Assembly (NCBI GenBank): GCA_013265495.1
Contig: MU058687.1
Span: 310,001-374,000 of the forward strand
Reading direction: 5' to 3'
DNA: 64,000 nt
Source: Vicugna vicugna
Lineage: Eukaryota
Shown here: positions 1 to 12,254 of the stretch, one piece after another
Position numbering within the stretch: the stretch's first letter is position 1
Layout: the number at the start of each line of letters is the position of its first letter
Translations under genes and position numbers: made by a program
Notes under the pieces: model-generated
Told to the model about the DNA's origin: nothing
Database searches by the model: none
What the model saw: the letters and a program-made list of their open reading frames with translations, nothing else

Positions 1-1182
1 TCAACTGATGGCAGTATTTTAAAGAATTTGGGAAAAAATGTTCTAGGAAAGGTAACTTTATTCACTGCTATTTAAATAAATGGTAGCTTAATTTACTACT
101 ATTTTAAAAACTAACCAAGTTATTTGATCTCAGGTAAATCATATAGCTTTTCTTTCTCTTTTTCTTCCTCTGTACATGAGAGAGTTGAGTTAGATCTGAG
201 TTCCTCAAATGCTTTTTTTAAGCCCATGCCTCTTTTGAGGCATGCAAAAACCTCAAGTTTTTCTCAAATTACTTGGAACTAAAAAATAAACTAAACAGAC
301 TTCCAGTTTTGGCCAAGTGAGGAGACTGGCAAATCCATTCCCTTCAGAACCAACTATAAAGCTGAATAAAATTAACATAAATAAGCATTTTGTGCTCTGG
401 AAATTGACCAAAGGCATACAACAACCTGAGAAGCATTTACGCTTGACGAAGTGCTGACTTCAGGTCAGAACAGGTGTTCTACCTGGTGCTACTCCTATCC
501 CCTCCCGGCCACCCCAGCTCATTGTGGAGGTTCTGCCAGGATGCAGTTCTGCTTTTCTGCTGTGGGTGAAGGGAGATGCTCTATCTGGAGCAGTGGGTGA
601 TGCCCGCACTCAGAGGTATTGTCAGTATCTCCAATGCAAGTGAGCAGGAAGCTTGGCTCCACTAGCCTGAGGTTGCAACTGTGGTTGGAGCAAGCATATT
701 CCTAGCTGAGGCTGCATACGTGCAGAGTGGAGACCAAAGAGGGTCCAAGCTCTTCACATATGCCTGGCTGAGCCTGGGGCTGCATGTACGTACATAAGAG
801 ACTCAGAAGGATCCTTTGGAAAATAAAACCTGGGCCTTCTTGAAAATAGCCTAAATTTTCAATGTATTCCCCTAAACATACACAGATTTATGAACAGAGG
901 AGGAAAGACTTACTGGTTTAAGATGTTTGAGCATACTTCTGTCCAACCATTGACTAACCATTGTCTAACTATTAAGCCGTGGGACTCAGGAGTGAGACCT
1001 CTAGGAAGCCAGGTTTAAAAATAAAAACAAGAATATTTTTAAGACAAACAAAAAACATCATTATCATCATCAACAACAAAAAAAATGAGCAAAGATATCA
1101 GTGGCCATCAGAATGCATAGGAGACTGGTTTCACAAATGTAGCCTAGGCAATATCTTATAAAAACCTGTAATGAAAAAGAAT

Positions 1183-1203
1183 ACACACACACACACACAC
1201 ACA
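1183..1203 (+). repeat. (CA)n microsatellite preceding an L1 3'-end fragment
   Basis: About 10 AC units read directly. Confidence 0.9.
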
Positions 1204-1444
1204 TATATCACTATGCTGTACACCAGAAACTAACACAACATTGTAAATCAACTATACTTCAATTTAAAAAATATAAATAAAGATACAAGGCTGATAAAAA
1301 AAATGTAGCCCAGGCAAGAAAAAAGCAAGTGAACAAGAATGAAGAAAGGGAGAGAGGAAAGGAGGGAAAAAAGGGAAAAATGGTAGGAGGAGGAAAGAAG
1401 AAAAAGAGAAGGGTCAAAACAAAGAAACAAAAACAGCAGAAACA

Positions 1445-1564
1445 GAGGGAGGGTACAGCCCATGCTTAGCATGCAAGAGGTCCTGGGTTCAATCCTCAGT
1501 ATCTCCATTTTAAAAAATAATTAAATAAATAAACCTAATTATTTCCCCTACCCCCCAAAAACAA
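1445..1564 (+). mobile_element. tRNA-derived SINE (Vic-1-like), internally deleted head
   Basis: CATGCTTAGCATGCAAGAGGTCCTGGGTTCAATCC B-box core, AAAT tail, flanking repeat CAAAAACAGCAGAA. Confidence 0.8.
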
Positions 1565-1839
1565 CAAAAACAGCAGAATCAACAAACTTCAGGGAGGAAA
1601 ATTTAAAAATCCACATTTATTACAATATATTATCTAAAATGTTAAATTTTCAACAGAAAATTATGGGACCTGCAAAGAAACAGAAAAGTGTAATCTATAC
1701 TTCGGGGAAAGAAAACCAGTTAATAATAGAAATGGCTTTTCAGTGTCCCAGTAGGTCGAATTTAGCAGACAAAGACTTTAAAGCAATTTTTATAAATATG
1801 TACAAAAAACTACAGGAAACCTTATTTATATATACATCC

Positions 1840-1978
1840 CTTTATTTATTTATTTATTTTGGTGGGGGAAGTTAATTAGGTTTATTTATTTATTCATTCT
1901 TCAGGAGGTACCGGGATTGAACCCAGGACCTCATGCATGCTAAGCATATGCTCTACCACTTGAGATATACCCTCCTCC
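1840..1978 (-). mobile_element. tRNA-derived SINE (Vic-1-like)
   Basis: Reverse-strand GGATTGAACCCAGGACCTCATGCATGCTAAGCA core with (TTTA)n tail. Confidence 0.85.
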
Positions 1979-2057
1979 ACTAGAAGACCTGATTTAAAGA
2001 GCATAACAAAAATGTATCAACAAATAGAGGTTCTCAATAAGGATACAGAAAATTGTA

Positions 2058-2200
2058 TTTAATTTTAGTTTTTTTGTTTTTCTTGGGGGGAGGTAATTAG
2101 ATTTATTTACTTATTTACTGTTAATGGAGGTACTGAGGATTGAACCCAGGACCTTGTCAATGCTAGGCATGCACTCTACCACTGAACTATACTCTCCCCC
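2058..2200 (-). mobile_element. tRNA-derived SINE (Vic-1-like)
   Basis: Same core and tail as the other copies. Confidence 0.85.
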
Positions 2201-2569
2201 CAAGAAAAATTTAAAAATAGAGCCAAGTGGAGATTTTGAAACTAAAGAGTACAATAACTGAGAAATTCACTACAGGGGCTCAACAGCAGACTTTAGGTGG
2301 CAGAAATGAACCAGAAGATACATCAATAGAAATGATTCAGTCTGAAAATAGAAAAAAGATTGAAGAAAAATGAGCAGAGCTTTAGAGACCTGTGGGATCA
2401 CACTGGGACCCTAACATACATGCAATGGTAATTAAAGAAGGAGAGGGGAGAGAAGAGGGGACAGAAAAAAGTGAAGAAATAATGGCTGAAAATTTCTTTG
2501 ATTTGAAAGACAATCTACACATCCAAGAACTCTACTAAAGGAATATTATGGACAATTTTATGCCAGGAG

Positions 2570-2870
2570 GTTCCTTCCAACCTAGGTGACAGGTATTAAC
2601 ATCATAAAGCAAGATGGTTCTTTCTTAGAATAAAAGCCCTTGTAGTCTTGGTTGAATCCAGTTTAAGAAGAAATTCAAATGGATTTTTCTTCCTTCTTTA
2701 ACAAAGATATTAGGGTACACATAGAGCATAGAACATAAATTGAATATATTGACTTTTAATCTTAATGTGATTCTTTTCTGTTTATTTTTGTGTTGATGTT
2801 TTCTTTAAAAGATGATTTAGATAATTTCTATATCTAATACATATACTCTACATCTAATATAGTATTTTGT
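2570..2870 (+). pseudogene. Degenerate relic copy of the PTGR2 terminal exon and proximal 3'UTR
   Basis: Hand alignment to 25224-25465: 33/46 identical columns over the coding start, TTGTAG vs TTGTAA at the stop, ACAAAGAT block, and exact 17-mer ATATACTCTACATCTAA (2841-2857 vs 25449-25465), all collinear. Confidence 0.75.
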
Positions 2871-3092
2871 AGTACAGTTGGAAGTATTCTGTAGTATACT
2901 TTCTCTATTATATCTAGAGGCATTCAATATCCATCTGTCCTTTACTGATGATATTAATTTTGATTACTTGGTCAAGGCATTGTCTGATTTTTCTACTGTA
3001 TAATCACTACTTTTTTTTCTTACTTGCACTAATAAGTCTTTGTGGAAACACTTTATGACCATGCAAGTATTCTGTTCCTTAACACAATATTC

Positions 3093-3920
3093 CTGTTACA
3101 TTGTGATTTATAACAAATATCTATTTGGTCTTTACCCATTTCTGGCACTAAACTCCTAAACCCCTTGGTGCTTCCTAAGTGATGAGAGCATCAGGGTATC
3201 TTTTGCTATGTTGATCTTTCCTATTGGAAAGCCCATGGATAACCTAAAGATGGGAGCAGATTGCCAGGGGGACCAACCAAGTGATCAGAGGGTTGGAACT
3301 TTCAGTCCCGCATCTCCAGAGAGAAGAGAGGGGCTGGAGATTACGTTCAATAACAATGACCAATGATTTAATCTATCACGCCTATGTAATGAAGCCTCCA
3401 CAAAAATCCAAAAAGACAGGGTTTGGAGAGCTTCTAGATTAGTGAACACATGGAGACGCAGGGATATTATCCAGCTAGGAGAGGCCATGGAAGCTCTGTA
3501 CCCTTTCTCCCTACCTTGCCCTATGTATCACTTCCATCCGACTGTTCCTGAGTTATAATCCTTTTATATTAACTGTTACCCTAGTAAGTAAAATGTTTCT
3601 CTGAGTTCTGTGCACTGCTCTAGAAAACTCCCAAGCAGGGGACTGTCAGGAGCTCAAACCTATAGCCTGTTTGTCAGAAGCACAGGTGACAATCTGGACT
3701 TTAGATTGGCACCTGAATGTGTGTGTGTGTGGTGGGGAGCAGTCTCGTAGGACTGAGCCCTTACCCTATGGGAGCTGATGCTTTCTCCAAGTCGGCAGTA
3801 TTAGAATTGAGTTGAATTGTAAGACACCCAAGCTGATGTCTGAGCATTGATTGATTAGTGTATGTGGGAAACCCCCCTAATTGGAACTGGGTGCAGAATC
3901 CAAATTTGGGTGCAGAATAT
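3093..3920 (+). mobile_element. MER21-family solo LTR
   Basis: Matches recalled MER21 consensus blocks (GGAACTTTCAG, GAAGCCTCCA, GTCAGAAGCACAGGTGACAA, GGACTGAGCCCTTA); homologous to 47930-48937 in opposite orientation. Confidence 0.8.
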
Positions 3921-4382
3921 TAGTCCCCCTAGACTTAACATCCATTGATAATTTTTGTCTAATCCAATCTTTACTATGAAAGCTGTAAAATACTCTGGTA
4001 TTTTACATTTAGTAAAGTATTTTACAATTAGTATTTATGATACCCTAGTACTTTCTCTAAATTTATCAACTGGCCCTCAGCGTACTACAATAAGCAAGAA
4101 CCCTGCATTCTGTTTATTATTGGTATAGACTCATGAATTTCTATTTTTACAATGTTTGTAAACATTATCGTAATTAATTATTTTGGTGCTCAAGTTGTCC
4201 CAGATTTGGCCAGTAGGATCCCCTTCAAGTTGGCTCTGTGTCCCTGTGACATGCTTCCTCATTTTGGGGAACATTTCCTTAATTTCTAGCAAAAAGAGGT
4301 TCAGGCTCATCTGGTAACTACCCTGCCCCAGCCCTGGAACCTGCCATCTCTCTAAGAAGTCCTAATTCTCTTTTAGTGGGCA

Positions 4383-4525
4383 TATTACTTATCTACTGCT
4401 GCATAATCAAATACCCCAAAACTTAGCAGCTTAAAACAACAAACAATTACTACCTCACACAGTTTCTGAGGTTCAGGATTTTGGGAGAGGTTTAACTAGG
4501 TAGTTCTGGAAAAGTTTCCTCTCAT
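4383..4525. mobile_element. MLT1-type (ERVL-MaLR) LTR fragment
   Basis: TGCTGCATAA...CCCCAAAACTTAGCAGCTTAAAACAACAAACA...CTCACACAGTTTCTG. Confidence 0.7.
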
Positions 4526-5559
4526 GAGGACACAACACACCCATTTCTCAAATTTTTGGAAATGTGAACACATTCTGGGGCGAAAAATCACGCTTATTAC
4601 AGGAGTTCACAGACCCTATATCAAAAGAGCCAAAACTAACTTAATATTGCAGGGTTTCTTTTCTACCTACAAAGATTCTTTTAAGATCAAGTTCTCAACT
4701 ATCTTTATTTTATGCTATTATTTTTAATCTGTTGAAGTATTTTTAAAATTGAAGTACAGACAGTTACAATGTGTCAATCTCTAGGATACAGCATAATGTT
4801 TCAGTCATACATATATATTCATTTTCATATTCATATTATTTTCTTTTTCATTAGTTGGTTCAAATTATTACAACAAAAGTTTTGAAGGTCTACCTGTACA
4901 AGACAGATGAAAGAGGTAAGTTCCTCCCTGAAAGAGTTTGCATAGTCGTGTAATCCTTCTAGTTCTTTCCTGAAGCTTTTCCAAAGAAGCAAAAATTTCA
5001 GAGGTGAAGCTGCCAGGAACTCCAACCTGTTAAATGATTTTAACCCCCTTGTTCACCATCCCAGTCATCTTTCAGCTACTGAATACCATGATTTATGCTG
5101 AGCTATTAGCTCTGACAAGAATATAATATAAATAGCAATTATTTCACATGCCTAATTCAGAATGGTTTCCCTCAGGGTTTGAAGTCCCTGGGGATCCAAG
5201 CCGTCCTAGGAATAAGCCTTGCTCAACCCAGTTTAACACAAAAGGAAGTAATTAACAATTATGAAACTGAGAAACCAGCACACACTGGGTAATCCATCTT
5301 CGAGGAAGCTGGGATTCTTTGTAAAAGGCAGCTTTGTTATAAGGGAAGGAGTCCTGGGCCAGCAGCCTGCTGAGACTTTTTAACCCCAGCATTGCCCCTA
5401 ACCAGCTGAAAGATAGTCCAATTACAGCAATTCTCTGAGCCTCAGTTTCCCCATCTATAAGACGAAGGGTAGGTTTGACGGCCCCTGTCTCGCTGTAATT
5501 TTCCAGTATGAAGCTCAGGGAGAAATCCATAAAAGGAAATTCCTTCAAGGACTTCTAGA

Positions 5560-6070
5560 CGTGAAGTCATTGGTCAAGGTTAAACAATTTGCTATTTGGG
5601 TACAAGCAGTTGGGGCGGCCATCGGGCAGCAATCCTGGTTAACTTATTAATACACTTTGCCGAGACAGGTGACCAGTCTTTAAAGCTCCGCACCTTCCCA
5701 GCCGCTCACGGAAACGTGGTGACCGCGAGGTCCAGCCTGAACTTCAAAAGCTCATTCGTGGGAGGGAGGGGGTGAGGAGCAGATGTATAGTTGTGCGCCT
5801 GCGTACTGCGGTCGGAGGGCCGAGGCGGAGCGCGAGCCTTTCGCAAGCTCCGCAAACCGCGCGAGACTTCTTCCGGAGCTCCTCGGCGGTGAGTGAAGCG
5901 CGAGGGAGCGCCGTCTCCGGCTGTTGTTGCTGGGGAATCCGGAGGTGGGTCGGGCCTTCCGGGTAAGGGAGGGTCAAGGAACAGGGTGACCTCGAAGCTT
6001 CCTCCCGGAGCTACCGGAGACGCTGGCGTCATTGTCTAGGTCACTACGATAGGGAAGGCTCGAGAAGCAG
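5560..6070 (+). promoter_or_regulatory. PTGR2: CpG-island promoter of PTGR2 with non-coding first exon
   Basis: CpG-dense segment in AT-rich flanks. GC box GGGGCGG 5612-5618, NRF1-like TGCGCCTGCGTA 5794-5805, ETS CTTCCGG 5870-5876. Donors GCG|GTGAGT (exon end 5888) and CGG|GTAAGG (exon end 5962). TSS not determinable. Confidence 0.85.
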
Positions 6071-7886
6071 TAGAAGCAGGGCCTTTTTAAAAGTAGAATT
6101 ATTGGTAGTAAGCAACCTCAAGTTTGGACATAGTTGTGTTTACAACGTTCATTTAACACCTATTTAATGGCACATTCTATATGCCGGGTATAGAGGATGA
6201 CTATAAATCATTGAACAATCAGGCACGAGTCCCTGTCCTCTTGGTGCTTGCAGTCTGGGAAGTCAGTTTGAAATTCTGGGCTATAGATGCAGAACTTTAG
6301 TAATTTATATATGAGTGGTGAGTAGTGGGAGCCATAGAAGAAGGTGAAGTCACTGAGAAGGGGAGAGCCAGGCAGGAATCCCCACACACTAGACTTGGGG
6401 AAAGGAAGGAGGAAACTAGAAGTCTCAAAAGAGAGAAGAGCGAAGCCGTCCAGAAAAAGTGGAGGAAATCCCAGAGATTTGCACGTTTTGTAACAAGGCA
6501 GTGGTTAACAGTCATTTGTGGCAGAGTAATTGAGCAAGATCAGGATAGAGAAGTTTGTTTTTTTTTTTTAAACTTATTAGGAAGCTCATATTAAGGCAGT
6601 GGTGTGTGTGTGGTGTTTGCCTGTGGGTTCTAGTGTCACCAGTTCTGCGACCATGGGCAAGTTATTAAGCTTCTCTGCCTCCTTTTCCTCTGTATGCCTC
6701 TAGCCTCTCGTGGAAACGTGAGGACCCCGAAAAGGGGGGCAATGACAAGTACCACCATCCTCATAGGGTTGTTGGGTGGAGGGGTTAGGAGACAATGTCT
6801 GTTAAGTCGTAGGCTGAGTTCCTGGCACTTTGGAACATTCAGGCAACAGGCTGAGAGAAGGAACTTTCCAAGATCCCACGTGATTAGAAGCAGGACTGTA
6901 CTCTGCTCTTCTTAGTTGGGTGCCCTTTACATTAGGCTGCAAAGTACACATTCAGATAACACACTCTTGACCGGCACTAGAGTTTTTTGGTTAATCATTG
7001 ATCTTATTTTGGAATATTGCTTACACCAATTAGGAACACAGTATACCAGACAAATGTGGTTTGCTTAATACCAGTCAATAAAGACTTGAGGTTTTTAATC
7101 CCACTTGGGATGAATTTAACACATCACCACCTCTCCTTTTCAAATTCAGACTGGTGGATCGTATTTTAGATTTTAATTTTCTGATTAAATTAAGTTATTT
7201 ACATTTTAAATGTGTTTGTTGTGCTATTGAGGGATATTGGGTGATTATCCTACAGTAGTTAATTATAGTGTATGATACTTAAAACTTTCTAATTTAGTAC
7301 AGAGGGAGAATAATAGTGTACTTTTCATGCTGATAAGCAGTATTTGGACAGATTTACAGTTTGCATAATTTAAAGAATTAAAGCACACATTGAAAGTAAT
7401 TAGAGAAAAGGGCAAATATGAAACTTCATTTGGAAAGACTCCTTTCATTGAAAATTTAGCCATCCCGTGATGCTGTTAATCACCACTTAAGATCCATTAT
7501 CTTTGGATCTGGCATCAATTTGGAAAACTTTGCTTTTTAACCCTTATGTAATTTATACACAAGGTAATTCAATAAAAATTTTTCTTTAAAAAATATATTT
7601 ACTCCTACAAGGCATTATGGATTTCTTGATATGATGAAATAGGATGCACACAGCACCACTTTTAAAGATTCTTGCCTAAAAACAAAATTGAACGTGCATC
7701 TAACCAAATCTTTAGATCTAACTACCAACCTAGGATAAGAGGAGAAATAGAAGAATGAGGTAAATGAAAGTAGGAAGAAGCAATCAAAGGACAGTCTAGA
7801 CAAAAGAATGAAGAAACAAATGTTCAACAGTCAATGGAATGAAATAAAAAAGAAGAGACTCAATGTAGTATATAGACTTTGATTCT

Positions 7887-8036
7887 GATCATTTTTTAAA
7901 AAGTTATTTTTATATTTCTCTTGGGAGTAATTAGGTTTATTTATTTATTTATTTTAACGGAGGTATTGGAGATTGAACCCAGGACTTCGTGCATGCTAAG
8001 CATGCACTCTACCATTGAGCTATACCATCCCCCCCA
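7887..8036 (-). mobile_element. tRNA-derived SINE (Vic-1-like) with 15-bp TSD
   Basis: TSD ATAGACTTTGATTCT at 7872-7886 and 8037-8051. Confidence 0.9.
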
Positions 8037-9792
8037 ATAGACTTTGATTCTAATGAACCAACTGTAAAACAACATATCTGAGATAATCAAGGAGTTTGAA
8101 TATGCACTAGGTATTAGATAATGTTAAGGAATTATCTAGACTTAATTCTGTTAGATTAACAGCATAGTGTTTATATTTAAAGCAATTTGTTATTAAAGGT
8201 ATGTAACTGAGGGATTTGGGGGATGAAATAGGGTAATGTCTGGGATTTGTTTTAAGGGGAAGCTGAGAAATGCAGTCTTTAACTGGGCAACATGGTGTCC
8301 TGAAGGAGAGAGTAGATACTGAGGGCAACTATCCATAATGTCATAACCAGTGAGATTATAAGTGTACACATTATAAAAAGTAAGGAAGCAAATAGGATGG
8401 ATATCCATAGTCTCCTATTTTACAGAATGTCAATAAGTCAGACATTTAGTCCTAAATTAGGAGCGAATTCCCCTCCTTTAGGAAAGGGTACCTACAGGAG
8501 AGTTGTACATTATTATATGGCTGAATATGTAAAAACCCTGTTTGGAGGAGATTATGGGGCAATAGTGGAAAGAGTGAGGACAGGTAAGATCTGGGATGAG
8601 ATTTACGTTTCAGTCCCAACTCCTCTGCTTACCTGCTGTATGATCTTGGGTACAAACTGGACCTCAATTTCCTTTGTAAAATGAGGATAGTAATACATTT
8701 GTCTATATACTTTGTTTTAAGAAATAAGTAATGGAAATTGCGTGGAAGTTCTCCATAAATTATCTCCATATAAATACTATATTAAGCAAGATTTGAAAAA
8801 TACCCCATGATGATTATGTAACATTTTCCTGAGCAGTATATACAAATCTCAGGTATATATAGGATACACAGATACTATAAGGGATACAGAGATAAATGAA
8901 GAAATTCAAGGATCTTGCACATTTAGAAACTAGATTAGGAGTAGGGTCATGTGTAAATGAAATTACTCAGTGTTTTTTGAGTAATTTTTTTGAGTAATTT
9001 TTGAGTAATTGCCTGGGGTTGCAGGCAAGGATTATTAAATACCAGGTCAATTTACAGATGGTTGTCAAATGTCTAAGTGTGCTGCTGCTGTATTAATTTG
9101 GAAATGATGCTAAGAACTAAATATGGTGCATTTGTCGATAAGCAATGAGGATATATTGTATAGCACAGGAAATTATAGCCATTATCTTATAGTAACTTTT
9201 GATGGCATATAGGCTGTAAAAAATACTGAATCACTATGCTGTACACCTGAAACTAATATAATAATGTAAATCAACTATACCTTAATAAAAATAAATTTTA
9301 AAATGTTGTAATTGTCATAAAAAATAAATAATATAATTGTTTTTCTTAGACTTCTCAATGTTATTAGGTACTGAAGATGATGAAACAAAGTAATGAGAGA
9401 AGACAGAAGTAGTAAATAAATATATTAATTTAAAAAAGGATGATATTAGTATCTTAAAAAACAACTTAAACATAATAGGATGAATATTTTTATGTAATAG
9501 TTAAGAGATTGGCTCTGGAGTGTCAGCTTGGGTTTGAATCTCAACTCCACTACTGTAGGAAAGTGCTTAAACTCTTTAAGGCTGTTTCCTCATCTATAAA
9601 ATGAGGATAATAATATATATATATTTCATAGCACTGACAACTGCTAGGCACAGAGTAACACTAATGGTCTGTTTTCATTTTTAGTGATGGACAAAGTAAG
9701 CAGGCCCAAGTTAGATAGTGCCGGCAGTGGAACTTCATTTTGCTGGTTTCATTAACTCAGATTGTAAACCAGAATAAATTAATCCTTTATTT

Positions 9793-10027
9793 ATTTGTTT
9801 TTTTTAACATTTTTTTATTGAGTAATAGTCATTTTACAATGATGTGTCAAATTCCAGTGTAGAACAAAATTTTTCAATTATACATGAACATACATATATT
9901 CATTGTCACATTTTTTTTTTGCTGTGAGCTACCATAAGATCTTGTATATATTTCCCTGTGCTATACAGTATAATCTTGTTTATCTATTTTTTGAAATCCC
10001 AGTCTGTCCCTTCCCACCCCCCGCCCC
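9793..10027 (-). mobile_element. 5'-truncated young L1 3' end with 16-bp TSD
   Basis: TSD AATTAATCCTTTATTT at 9777-9792 and 10028-10043; poly(T) and L1 3'UTR motif CCCTGTGCTATACAGTA. Confidence 0.85.
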
Positions 10028-10606
10028 AATTAATCCTTTATTTGTTCCTAGAAAGTGAGGATTTAAAAATGTTTTTGATGTATTACTTTTATAATCAACA
10101 AAACTATTAAGAAATTTCCATTTTGATAAATGAATAAAAAGGAACTTTTGAAAATTTTGTTGCATCTCAATTTAGCAGCTCGTGTTTTATTTTGCTACTA
10201 GATTAGCTGGCTAGCTCTGGAGGAATATATCATGTTGTTTTCTTTTAATCAAGCCACAGTAGGAAGCTTAATCATGATGGCATAAAGTTAAATGTGCTTG
10301 AATTATGAGGCCAGAAGCATTTTTTCCCATTCAGTCTTCAATAATTTTTTTCCTATTAGCCAAAAATTCTAATTAGATTTAGTCTTTCTTCATATATTTG
10401 CTTTAGGAGACAAGCTCTGACAGGAGACTATTTTTTTTGGATCCTAAATATGATTTTTCCTCTCCTTGTTCAGAAACACAAGGGCACTTTTTAAAAAAAA
10501 TTTAAATTGTTGAATATCTTATAACTTAATTGTGATTAAACTTTTTTTCTGTTTATAGGAATTATTTTATACAGAAGTCTTGTGAAACCACTGTGCAAAC
10601 AAGGTG

Positions 10607-10643
10607 ATGGTTGTGCAAAGAGTAGTGTTGAATTCCCGACCTG
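10607..10643 (+). CDS. PTGR2: PTGR2 (prostaglandin reductase 2) coding exon 1, MVVQRVVLNSRPG
   Basis: ATG at 10607, matches recalled PTGR2 N-terminus (human MIVQRVVLNSRPG). Donor G|GTATGT. Upstream acceptors give exon starts at 10559 or 10575. Confidence 0.95.
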
Positions 10644-11601
10644 GTATGTATTTGTGATGAGTGAATAGCTGTGGTCTTTGATAATTATAAATGCATATAA
10701 AGGAACAAGAAGCGATGTGATGTCAATGTGGTAAATTAAAGCAGAAAGATATTAACACTAGTAGAGATTTTAGAAGCAACTCTAAACAATATAATATTCA
10801 GATTTTTAGATGATAACTTGTCAAGGCCATCTATTGAAGAAATAACTTATTTTAAAATTATTGTAATATTAAGAAGGTATATTACAAATATATGTGGCTT
10901 TTGTTTTTTCTTTATAGTGTATATCACTGATTCTTAAAATTTGCTTTTCTGTTTTATGTGAAAAGCATTGCCCTGTGTCATCATAGGTCATCAAACCTGA
11001 ATCATAGAAGCTTAGGTATGGCAGTAGCTTGAGAGCTTTGGACCCATGTTGCCTTGGTTTTGATACTTACCAAGTGTGTGGCCTGGGGAAGTCACTTAGC
11101 TTTTCTCAATTTTAGTAAAGTGAGCAGTTGGATTAAAATGCCTACATTCTATTTTCACTTTAGAAATTTGATGATTCAACAAATAGGAAGTTTTAATTAC
11201 ATTCATTTAAGTTTCTGTTTTCATCTTAAAATGAGGAAGGATAGTTTACCGATTTACTTTGGCTAATGTGGTGTTTCTGCTACCTTGTAAAATTTAACTT
11301 TCATAGTTTAAAAAAAAGCTGGCTGTGATTTTTCACTTTTTGAAATCTTCCTATAATTTTAAAACAGATGAGTTGATTTACTTGTAATCATCATAAAAAA
11401 GAAATGTTGACGTTGACAGCAATATGCCAGAGGAACTTCTTGGAGAAAAACAAAAGCATTTGAAACTATTTGAAGAATTTATGCTGAGTTACAGAGAAAT
11501 TAGAAGACAATACAGATTTATTTATGCCTGTATTACAAGGGAGTACTCTGAATCCTAGAGTGACCTTTTAAAGAATAATAAATAATTCTATGGTAACGTG
11601 A

Positions 11602-11772
<171 letters not shown>

Positions 11773-12254
11773 TGATTTAGTCAAAGTAATTTTATTTTCA
11801 TATTTTTCATGTCGCTTCTAAATTTTATTGTTCAATCTTCATGATTAATAAATATTTGAGCAATTATATCTTGATGCCTGTGAATTATGGATTGCCTTTG
11901 CTTTTATTCACTGTTACTAAGGAATGTTATGGAAGGAATGTATTGCAAGTAGTGCATATGGTTAGTTCCCTCCGAAAGTCCAGATCTCTTCCCAGTAGTA
12001 AGTAGAGCTTGAAGACAGTAAATTAAGATTGGAAACCTCAGATTGATCTAGTTTACAAGACAGACTCCGTTCAATACCTTTATTCTAGTTTGTCTCTTTT
12101 AAAGGAACAGACTCACTTACGCCATTTCTAGATGAAGGAGATTTATTTAAAAGAAGATATATGTTGCCTGGGTCTGCAGCTGAGAAGCCATCAGGCACAT
12201 GGACTTAGGCTCCATAAACACAAGTATTTTTACCTCTTCCTTTCCTAGGCGGAT

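Larger units (their letters stand above)
295..2565 (+). mobile_element. Old L1M element fragments (5'UTR/ORF1 and a short ORF2 piece) interrupted by SINEs
   Basis: A-rich L1 ORF1-like text (AAATGAGCAGAGCTTTAGAGACCTGTGGGA, GAAGAAATAATGGCTGAAAATTTC) and ORF2-like GAATATTATGGACAATTTTATGCCA; boundaries approximate. Confidence 0.7.

Noticed and set aside
5706..6032. ORFs over the PTGR2 promoter
   Set aside because: Same CpG-island artefact
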